From: Botryllus schlosseri
Lineage: Eukaryota
DNA length: 64,000 bases
NCBI GenBank assembly: GCA_051294905.1
Contig: CM119377.1
Span: forward strand, 20,708,001-20,772,000
Direction of reading: 5' to 3'
Position numbers and translations under genes: made by a program. The notes beneath the pieces are model-generated. The model searched no databases, was not told the origin of the DNA, and was given only the letters and a program-made list of their open reading frames with translations. Position 1 is the stretch's first letter. Each line of letters begins with the position of its first letter. Shown piece by piece: positions 23,380 to 34,315 of this stretch.

Positions 23380-25447
23380 CAGTGATTCCCAAGCGCGGCC
23401 CCCAGATAGCCTTCTTGCGGCCCCCAAAATATATTAGGAAATCGATTTATGACAACAAATGAAATTTATATTTATAAAATACTCTTTGCTTGGCTTGGCC
23501 TCTGTAGTTTTTAAGAATTGCAGGAAAGTTGTGAGTATAGACTGCTAACGTCACGTCACTGCTGTTTCAATGCAATGTGCCTTAACTTTCGAGTTCAACG
23601 AGCAGTAGCTATAGATATAAATAGGTATTGATAACTTTCAAACCCGAGGAAAATCCTGAAAAAATGGTAAATTTTTCCCACTTCGTGGTCGCTTGACTGA
23701 AAAACGAAAAGAGGCTGAACTCCTGGAAAATGCAGTTTTTCTTTCACATTAACAGGTGGTCGACTGCAAAAAAAAGGTCAACTTCCCGGTCAAGCTTCCG
23801 AAATAGCCGCCGTAGCGTTCCTACAGTGCTGACTTAATGTATATCAGTCGAATTTTGCCCTATATGTAACCAAAATCCTCAAAAAAGAAGACAAAATCTC
23901 ATAAAAGAAGACATTTGGGCGTCCTCCGAGGACACTTTGTAACAAATCAAAAAAGAGGACAAATCATCTTAAAAGAGGACGTATGGTAACCCTATGATAA
24001 CTAGATGTGCAACACGTGACTCACGGTTGAATACCCCGAGATGCATACTGCTTAGACGGCTAAAAGCAGCATAATTGGTAGTCCTATAGTCAGGGCCGTA
24101 ACTGCCGCACCCCAAACCTCCCAATTGAGGGAGGCCGAGCTCGAAGGGGGCCAAAAAGTATTTCGTGAATTAGCATAAATTATATAGTATTTTTTGAAAG
24201 TTTATGCAACTTTTTCGAAAATTTTTCGCGCATGGCGCGATTTCAATTCGCCACATATCTTGATTATGGGGTACTCTTCCCCAAGAAAAAATACGCAAGA
24301 TTTATAGAAATGGGCATATCAGCGTTGGCCATGACCGCACCACAACGCACCAAGACATATAAAGTTTTAGGCCATGTAACATGTGACTCCAAGAAGTGTG
24401 TCAGAACGATCGGCAGCGAGAAAGCTTTGGCCGCAAAGGATTGCTTTTATGCTGACCAAAAACTTCGAAATACCCAAAACTTCGTTGTATATACAAAATA
24501 CAGATAGGTTTAATTGTCCATGTAGGCGCCTAAGTGACTGGCGTCGAATGTTCTTGTCTTGGCAATCTAAACCTCACAAGACAAATACCATCCCACAGGA
24601 AAGAAAATTATATGCCAATGAAGAAATACCAATCTGAAATCGTGTGATCTTTCAGTTTAGTAGGTTTGGGCAATTCTACATTTTTTGATAAAGCAGACAG
24701 GAGGTCACAAAATAACATCATGTAAAAAAGTCATACCTAGGGGTCCGCCCGCCCGAAGATGTTTAATTTTACGGGGTCTGCAGTTTTAAAGACACCTCTC
24801 ACTCAGCTCTACCGGTAAATCTGATTACGTGGGCAAAGTGGACAACCATGCAATTCCCGATCGTATTCACCGATTTTATCATGAATTATTGAAATATTCG
24901 CGCGTCGCGCTGTCTCACTAAACAGAACAACTTTAATTTCGTGACAAAAGCGAACAACGCGATGCGGGGTCAGTTTATCACCCTATGGGAACCCGGGGTC
25001 CTGACGAAGTGCTGTTACGTTCCTGCCAACCGGTATACCCCCGGAGATGTTTAATTACTATATTGAGGGGGGCCTATACCTTTTCAAACACACCTCACTT
25101 TGCTCTACCGGTAAATCAGATTACGTGAACAGAGACAGGATGAAAATTGATAGCAATACATGCAATTCCCGATCATATTGACCGATTCAGTCATGAAACT
25201 AAAGAAATTTCCCGCGCTTCGCGCGTTTAGGCGAGAAAAGCTGATTCACTCAACGGACACTCAATGCAGCAGATAAGTAGCGGTAAACAGTGTACAGTTT
25301 TGAAATCTCGCCAGGGCAATAAAACTACTCTGAAATAGCCATGATGACTGTTTGGGTCCGTTTCATAGCCGTAGTATTCGTGCGGCCCCGACCGTACTCT
25401 GAAATTCTAAATTTGGCCCTCACACCGAAAAAGTTTGGGAACCACTG
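23380..25447. mobile_element. Composite non-autonomous hAT (Buster-type) with internal insertions and an approx. 295-bp internal duplication
   Basis: TIR cagtgattcccaa / ttgggaaccactg, flanked by GTTTGGAC and GTTTAGAC. The block cactcagctctaccggtaaatctgattacgtg recurs near 24800 and 25095. Confidence 0.8.
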
Positions 25448-28400
25448 GTTTAGACAGTGAGTGAGGTAATTAAAGGTAAGACGAAATCTCAAGAGAGAGA
25501 TTGCTGACTAGAGGAGAGGCCTGATTCGAGAGTGAGAGACTCTTAATCAGAGTCAAGACTCTGAAGGAGAGATTCGACGAGAATTGACTCAAAAGAAGAG
25601 TCAATACTCGAAGAGAAAAAAGAATCGACGAGACATGACTCGGGAAGAGGAGTCAAGTCTCGAGGAGGGAGAGAGCTGAGTCCGAAGGTGACTCGAAAAA
25701 TGGACAGGTTCGTTGACGAAGAGGTAGGGAGAGTGAGTAATACTAACCAAAATTACTTCCAAAAATTGTTAGGCCTAATACGGTAAAACGTAAGGCAAGT
25801 GGTAAGTTAAAGTCAAAGCTAGCTACAGGCACAGCGGCTCAGAAAAATCTTTGTCTTTTTATCTGTAAATAGCCGTTATATAATTACGCACTCAACGAAC
25901 CTTAATAAAACAAAATACTCCAATCTTTACTCTACTGCTTACCGTACTAAAATTCTTTCGAGAATCGTTTGGTAGCAATGTATATACGTAGTGTGTAAGT
26001 ATTCAACCTAAGTCCCACACCACTCGTCCGCGTAACAGTAACCTATCTGCTTATTTATAGAAGGTCAACAGTTATCAAAACAGTTACCACGATCAATATC
26101 TGTATTTCATCGATATCGTCGCCAACATGCGTTGACTATAATCTTAGACCAAAGTTTGTCGCCTACGTTTGCTTTGGAAGCGAACGCACGGAACGCACAT
26201 GTTGGTCGATACTTAGATATCTTGGTGAGTCCTGTCTTGGTGAGAGCTGATGCCAAAATGCTGATGCAAGACATTGGAATGTGGAATTACAGCGATCTGA
26301 ATCGATACTAGGAATATTCTGTGTTGAGAAAAATTTCAAGTCGAATAAATTATGACACGACGTACTCTACGTTATGGTAACGTATGAATATTAACGAAAT
26401 ATATGGGGGGACAGGACCCATTTCATCCTCTTGCTACGCCTATGCGTCATGCCTATTTTTTAGTGCTCAACACTCCGAATTTCGAGGTCAGCAGGCTAAT
26501 CGAAAAACGTGTGCATTGTGCAATTCATTCTGTGATAATATAAAAAAAATTCGAAAATTATCGTCTGGGCAAAATATGACCCGCGGGCCACGGGCTGGCC
26601 ACTGGTCAGTCCTTAGTTCGACAATACCGTAAACATTTGAGTATATATCAGAAAATACCTTATCGGTATTAAAGAGTACCAGCGATGTTTACGTGACGAT
26701 ATTCGCGTCAATCAATCAAAGCCATATTCAATGGATTGGGAGTTGGAATTGGCACGCCGAGTCATTCTCCACACTATCAATTCATTTGTTAAATATCGAT
26801 CACGACGTTTATCTTTAAAACTCTTGCCCAGACACTTCTGGCATCAGACGTCATTTGGTCATGCGTTCTGCCGAAAAGCGATTTTCAGTGGTACTCAACT
26901 ATATCCATATCAATGTAAAACAAAAAGAGGCATATTTCAGATAAGCACTGGAATCTCTTAAATGATACGGATTCGATATATTTTTACAGATATGATAATT
27001 TGGTCTTTAGAATCCTGTCATCATACACAAGAAGAGACTGAATCTACGGCATTCTTGATATCAACCGGCAAACAAACAAACCTGAATGACATCTCCAATT
27101 ATGATCAGGTATACTCTCAGTGTAGATTAAGCGTCATAACGAAATAAATACATTAAATTATGGTGGATCTTCAGGTAGCCGTTACAGGCAATGTACTGAA
27201 TCAGAATATCCCGTCTGTTTCGATTCTGATTCCTATATTGAAGCGGAATTGGCATATATAACATTTTCTCTAGAACACATGTAAAAAAAAACGTTCTTGT
27301 TCAGCATTAAACATGGAACTAAAGTAGTGATTTCACGCGAAAACCAGTATCGACTATTAACCCTAGGATCATGAGCAGGGTTGTACTGACTCGTGTCGCA
27401 ATGTTTGGTAGCTCGACTGGGGTCGTTCGTGCGTTGGCTCGAATTGCGCATGACTCGACTAAGTCATATGATTCGAGTCAAGAGTAGGGGTGGTCAAAGT
27501 AGTCATCGTTGGCACTCAAGAAGAAGCAGAAGTAAAAACATTTGCGTAAATTCACAAGTACAAGTGGAAATAGCGATTTCCAAGCAAATAAAGAAATAGG
27601 TAGGTCTATTCCAGAACTGTTTTTGTTAAAATAAGAAAAGTGTAGCATAAGTAGTCTTCAAACTCATGGACGTAATCAAAACCTACTGAGGTGCTTCAGA
27701 AAGTAGAATTACTCGTCTGACCATCAGTGTTGGGATCAAGTCACTACCTTCGAGTCACGAGTCATCTCGAGTCATTGCTTATTTTGACTCGAGTCAAGTC
27801 AAGTCAATCGATTTTTGAAGGTGACTCGAGTCAAGTTAAGTCACTCGTTTTTTGGATTTGACTCGAGTCAAGTCAAGTCAAGTCAAGTCGAGTCACGAGT
27901 CAAGTCACAATTCAAGTCAAATTGAATTTTCGAAGTATCAGCGACGATTCAAAGTCATTACATTTTGCTAGCTGTGTGAAAGAAAAAATTATTTGCCATT
28001 TATCTTGCATCAAATTACTAATATAAAGATTAATATGCATGCAAGAAGGCGTCTATCACGAACACGTTGAACCGCAAATAAAATACGCGACCAACTGTAT
28101 AGCTATGCTACAGTCTATTATTATATCATCCAATAGGATCGAATACGAAGCCTCGAGAAGTTGTAACAAATTGATATGGATTTGAATCATACAAGAGGGT
28201 TGATGAAGGTGATCACTGCGCAATGTTAGCACTGAGCCGTCCAAGAAACATAGATACGTTCATTGCTATTGTATTCTTCTTCTATTACTACTACTACGCA
28301 GTGTTGGGATGACTCGAGTCATGACTTGACTCGAGTCACTTTCCTAAATGACTTGACTTGACTTGACTCGGCGTATCAAAATTTTGGATTGACTCGTGAC

Positions 28401-29016
28401 TCGGAGTAAAATTCACGAGTCAATTTCGAGTCATCAAGCAATCGATGTCGATAAAAATCATTGTATCTTGCATATGTTCGGGTTGTTCGCGAAACGCCGG
28501 TGTAACCCACGCGAGCGACCAATCATTCAATGATCGTGCGTTTTGCTGAGCCTTCATTGTCCTCTCACAAATGAATTGATCGCAAACGAAGTGATCGGAG
28601 CTTACAACTTACGTTGTCGTAAACTAGTAGGCCTATAGTAAAGTAATTTAATAGCAAAATGTCTATTTCTGTTCTCTGTTCTTAACTTAACCAAACCTCT
28701 TGTTCTATTGAAATTGAACTCCAATACAGTTTATATAGTCCTCAACCATCGGCGCAGGCTGGAATTGTATCATATCAATTTGTAAATTGGTAATATATTG
28801 CATCTTATCAATTCGTTTCTCTATTCTCTATTCTGGCTGGTAACTTAAATCCGAGGCCATGCAATTACTTACGTAGTTAAGCATTTCTACGTATACGTGA
28901 ACAATAAAGCGCCTTCTTGCGTTTATATTTAACTCTTTATTCGTTCATAGGTTCCGAATCAATAACCACTCAATCTGTATTTCGGACAGCTAGCAAAATG
29001 CAATGACGTAAGCAAT

Positions 29017-31416
29017 TTAGGATGGAGTGAAAATGACTTTTTTTTCAAATCGAAAAAGGGGGTTCTTAAATCCTGACAAATGACCTAAAACTTCAATAAA
29101 AAGTGACTTCAGGGGATTACCCCTATTTTCCAGCCGGCAACACCCCAATTTCTGCGCGCAGGGGGTAAAATTACCCATCTCGGCAACCGCTGGTCGTAGA
29201 GTCATGATATATAGCTCAAAATTTGCGGAAACATCATGTTTCTATCTGTCTTAAGAAGAAAGTTTTCTCTATTGTGAACACAAAGCGAGTTATAGCCAAA
29301 AAAACGGTAAAACCGCTATTTTTCCAAATTTTCGCGTTATACAGTGCAGTTTTTTACTCTTAATAAGCACTGTTTTGTTTTTACAGATTGTTACGCTACG
29401 CCTATTTACTTTACAAAGTAGCCTATCGTAGGATTTATTCGGTTTACGATCACAATTATGGTGAGAACTAGACGAAGTGGAGAACATATCAAGATTTTGC
29501 ATGGTGGCGAAAAGTTTACTGATAGTGAAAAGTTTCCACCTGGTTTACTGCCCACAAAACGGCAAGTGATAAAAAAAATACTCCACTTTAAAAACTTTCG
29601 CACTAAACAAGCTGCGTCAAAAGTTGCGAAAGAAATCTATGACATATGGGTGTTTTGTAATGTTTATCCTGTGAACTGACGTACCATAACCCAAAAGATT
29701 CAATAGCTGGTCATAGATTTTAGTAAACTCGACCGGTGGCCAAAAAGCAAACGTGCCGAATCGTATTTTTTTTGTCAAACGTAGATGAGTTGTATGACAT
29801 CTTCTGTACTGATGATGATTAACAAAAAGATTTGGAAAAATAGCATAAGTTGCGAATGACTGAGAAGGATTGGAAATTTTACGATGATCAAAAGTTCTGA
29901 AAGATGTCTGGACATTATCGTGCCTTTGGATTCATCTGAACAAATGTTCGCACGCCGGTTAACATCACAACTGAACGCCAGAACTTCCGCAGCCCAAAGT
30001 TAAATGGAGGTCGAACTGCATGCTGGGCATGGGCATGCCTCAGAGTTTGAATCAAAAGCACAGATTCTTCCACACTTCACAGTCACCTGTCAAATATTTC
30101 CAGCTCTTCATCCAAATCAACTGAATTCCCAACCAAGAATCGAAAAAATGGCCGAATATTGCCAGAATGTGTGAAAGATATCAAATATCGGACTGAGCTG
30201 CAGCTGCAGTTGCTAACAACGTTTTGGTAGATGTTGGATTGGTTACCGATCATGATAAAAATTGGATGCTTGTCCAAAGCAAGTTACGAAGAGAACGTGA
30301 CAGATGCAGAGAGGCACTACGGCAAGAAGAGCAACGAAAGTTCAGTATGGTGGATGGCATAAGATGGACGGATGGATGGATGGACGTAAAGATGCCACAC
30401 AAATGGTTATGCCCGTTCCAAACGAGAAGTAGGCCTACTACAGATGTTTTCAATTGGAAGAACACTATACTGTACTTGGCGAGCCGGGTTACCTCACCAA
30501 CCTTTCTCCTGATAATGGCAAGGGCATAACCATAGCTCAACATCTATTCAATGCAATAAAAGATACAGAATTGCAAAGTAAACTGGCAGTTGTCGGTACT
30601 GATGGCACTGTATCAATGACAGGAAAACATAATGGATGCTTTAGAAGCCTGGAGAGTTGCTGAATAAGCCGCTTCAATGGACAGTATGTCTGCTTCATGC
30701 CAATGAATTGCCTTTGCGACATGTGTTTGCAGGTCTCGATAGTGTTAGAAGTGGCCCAGATACATTGTCCAGTCCAATAGGTAAAAAACTACATCGAAGT
30801 GTATCTTGTTAGCCAGTTACTCAATTCAAAAAGCTCTCGCTACCAGAGAGAGAGAGAGAGAGAGAGAGATGGTATTCTTTTTCGCCTGCACCATCGAGGT
30901 GCTTTGACGACGGAGATGCGATACGGCCTTTATAGTAAGGTCATCTAGTCTGCACCCCCGGTTTTTTTTCCTCCATGCTATCCGTGATTGCCGAGCGCCT
31001 GACAGGATAGCCGCGGATACCAGTTTTCGAGTCTTTGGTCTGACCCGGCCGGGGATCGAACCCACGACCTACCGATCGAGAAGCCGGACGCACAACCATT
31101 ACGCTAACTCGCTCGGTAGGCTGCCACTTTTGGCCTTTCCAAAGCTCTCATCCGAAGTTGTGAATGACTTAACTACGGACCAGTTAGATGCTTATAAAAT
31201 GTGCTGGGCAATTATTCAAGGAAACGTTGATGACGATCTGGCTTATTTGGAGGTAGGACCAGTTGTGCATTCAAGATGGCTAACTTTGGGATGCAGAGTT
31301 TTACGGTATTATGTGACAGTTGGTGAACCGCCTTTGAAAGTGGATATTCTGGTTCGTTTTTGCCTTGAAGTATATTTTCCGACTTGGTTTGAGATCAAGC
31401 TAAACAAACATATATC
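29017..31416 (+). pseudogene. Decayed hAT-superfamily (hATm-like) transposon: left end plus fragmented transposase; right end missing
   Basis: Terminus ttaggatggagtg. Fragments include LLPTKRQVI..VAKEIYDIW, VVGTDGTVSMTG (catalytic D), LQWTVCLLHANELPLRH (CxxH), DLTTDQ and HSRWLT..RVLRYYV. Many stops and frameshifts. Confidence 0.82.
30846..31119 (-). mobile_element. tRNA-derived SINE with (CT)n tail, MetaSINE-like central domain
   Basis: A-box TAGCGTAATGG, B-box GGTTCGATCCC, body gaccaaagactcgaaaactggtatcc...gctcggca. TSD GCTACCA / GCTGCCA. Removing the SINE restores the transposase frame FKKLSLPLLAFPKLSSEVV. The MetaSINE label is from memory. Confidence 0.85.
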
Positions 31417-32891
31417 CAGAGGTGGTCAGTAACGAAGTACTTCTACTTTTTCGAAGTACTCAAGTAGTTTTCCTCTACTTCTGGTACTTACTCAAGTAGA
31501 TCTGATTTTCGCTACTTCTACTTCGTAATATTTTGTGATCTACTTACTTACTTTTCGCTATTTTCAGTTTGTCAAGTAGAAGTAGTTCAATCTTTCAATC
31601 AGGAAGATAGCCTGAGGAATTTCGGGGCTGTTTTCACGAAGTATCAACATTTAATTTTCAAAAAAATTGAGTAAAGCCCAGAATTTTCGTCGCGCTTCGC
31701 GCGCAGTGGAGGGCATGGTATGGTATGGTATGGAATGGGAATTTTCGATACTACATACCCGCCCAATCATTCCATACCATACTTGACAATTTTCCATACT
31801 ATAGCAACTTTCTTCCATACCATATTCGCTACTTTTTCCATACTTTCGCAACTTGTCCAACCTCTCAAGTGATATTCTATTTTTGATATGTGGAAATGTT
31901 GCGGCGTTTTTATTCCAATTATTCTGGATGAAATTATCCATTTAAACAGCCATGATGCACCAATGATATCCCTAGTTTCTTTATATCATATGTTGTTAGC
32001 AATGCATGTTGCCTAATCACCGAAGACGGAACGTATAATATTTCGGCCTACACACGGGATTATTTGGAGATTTCAACAGAATATCACGACATGTAAATCT
32101 AGAGTGGTAACGGACTTCTACGAGTAACATCATCTACAAAATTACATAAACCAAAGGTATTGTGAAATTAGAAGATTGGTTCCCATCCCTTTTTTCTTTA
32201 TTCCCCACAACCCGAAATCTGTATTTCCACCCTTTAAAATTGCTCCCTCCAATAAAATTTGGTAAGACTTTGTTTTGTAAAGACTTGCTATTGATGAAAG
32301 TTAAGACCTCCAGAATTGAACAGTACGCATAGAAATGAATGAGCAGTGAACTGGTAACCGTAAACGCAATGTTGTGCCTCCGTAAAATGTATGTGTGAGC
32401 CGGCAGAAAAACAGGAAGGGCTTGAAATATTTCTTGATGTAGCGAGGTAGCATCAATTTACATGTGTAAATGCCAAACAATGCATGGGCCAGATAAACGT
32501 CCTGCTGTCAGACATAAGCCGCCGTAAGCTAATCTTTCGCACCAACTCAAAAGAAAAATGTCATTTCATCTGTAAAGAGTCCGACCATGCTCTCTATCAG
32601 AAAGTCCGCGATCTCCCTGAATACATATTCATGTACATATGAACTCTTATTATAACGAATCAGGTGATTTCAATCACACCATTTCGCACTTAATAACAGC
32701 GTATATGAGGGAGATCGCGTGCCGCTCTCCAGTCGTGTCTCGCTAATTGTAGCACTGATAATACGAATCGCTGAATTGCAAATGATATTAGAGATACGAT
32801 CGGCATTTCATACAGACGTTTAATAAACGAGGTTAATAATGTAAAGATTTTTTTTACAAGTGAGTCTATACCCGACCGGAAACCCCTATAT

Positions 32892-34315
32892 TAGTGGTCG
32901 GGAACCTATGGCTCGCGACCCATATATGGCTCTTTTGGGCATAAAGTATGGCTCTTTGCGAAAATTCTAATTTTGTGCATAATTTATCAATATTGTAATG
33001 TAACAACTTGGTATTAAATCTTCAGCACGACCAGCATAATTATTCTTGTGGCAGTATAAACTTTGAGAGGTGAATACGGTGGCGTATTCAGGGTTAGGGG
33101 CTCGGACCCCGTTTCAAAATCCTCAAATCTAAGTTGCTGTCTCGCCTGCGCCACGAAATCTCAGAGTGCACGATGCGTTGATTGCTCAATGAGAATAGCA
33201 CACACGGCGACGCCTGTATGACAACGCAGTTTTCAAATATACATTGTCTTCCTGATCTACGGCGAAAAATGAACTCCGTGGACGTGACATTCACAATTAC
33301 AAATTCAAATTACAAACAACGCCATAGTGATCCACGTTCTTGATTGACAACGAAGCTTTGTAGTTGCTGTTCAAATGTAGGCGTGTGGCACAACGTTGTG
33401 TTACCGCCGAATACTTTGAGAATTGAGAAATCGAATCGGAATCGATGTGGCAAAAACACTGGTCAACAGAACGAAAAAAATTGGGCAGAACATCTAAGAG
33501 CCGTTTCTGGGGTTTTTGAGGTTGCTGATTACGAATATCACATTAGTGATTAGAGGTTGGCTCTTGTACCCCTAAAAAAGTCCCAAAATACTGTATTTAT
33601 CATTGAATATTTCAATTCGCAAGAAGGAAATCGTAGTTTTTTCTGATTTTATACTGCACTTCAATAGATAATAAGTGACTATGAAGAACCCTCATGTCGT
33701 CCCCATGGGTTATCTCCTAAACAAGAGCCAATTTGAAAAAGCTAAGGTCATTTTCGGAATCAGCGCACTTCAGAACCACCAAACCCCATCTTACTTTGTA
33801 TGCCTAAAAATATGTGTTGACCAGTGTTATCAGATATTATAAAGTCTATGATATATACGATGAATCGCGCTATGCTAATCCCGGCCGTGCCAAACCTATG
33901 CCTTACTTCCCATTTCACACTATATTTTCGAACAATAAATAGGCAAGTTGCGTGATTTTCGTAGTAAAAATGTTCAAAATCTAGTAGACAGGTAAGGCAG
34001 TGCCTCACGTGCCTCCCATGAAACCACGTCACTGACGCATCACACATTACAGTGGGTATGCATGCTGCTGTGTAGTGACCATAATGCTTGGCTCCGCCTA
34101 GTTATGTCCCCATGGGTCCTCGCATTTAAGAATATCGTCAAGACGAGCCTACGATCTCGTATAACTGACGAAAGTCGACGAATTTGTTCTACCATGACGT
34201 CACGATTTTTCAATTGTGACGTATTAGTTGATTAAAACGAGTGGCTCTTTTGGAGTTAAGATGGAAAATATGGGGTCAATATGGCTCTTCGGACAAAAAA
34301 GGTTCCCGACCACTG
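32892..34315. mobile_element. Non-autonomous hAT (Buster-type)
   Basis: TIR tagtggtcgggaacct / aggttcccgaccactg. Perfect TSD CCCTATAT (32884-32891 and 34316-34323). Confidence 0.92.
33456..33827 (+). mobile_element. MITE derivative of the 7631-10228 transposon, innermost nest layer
   Basis: TIR acactggtcaaca / tgttgaccagtgt. Both halves align with 7631-7870 and 10095-10228. No clear TSD. Confidence 0.8.

Noticed and set aside
26140-26225. Isolated exon-like segments with good splice sites (26.15-26.22 kb +; 55.12-55.20 kb -; 59.36 kb +; 62.58 kb +)
   Set aside because: No recognisable peptide and no consistent multi-exon phase chain. RNA-seq would be needed.
31040-31117. tRNA genes at 31040-31117, 4540-4611 and 61884-61950
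   Set aside because: A and B boxes are present but I could not fold complete cloverleaves. Each runs into a SINE body, and one has a TSD and a microsatellite tail.
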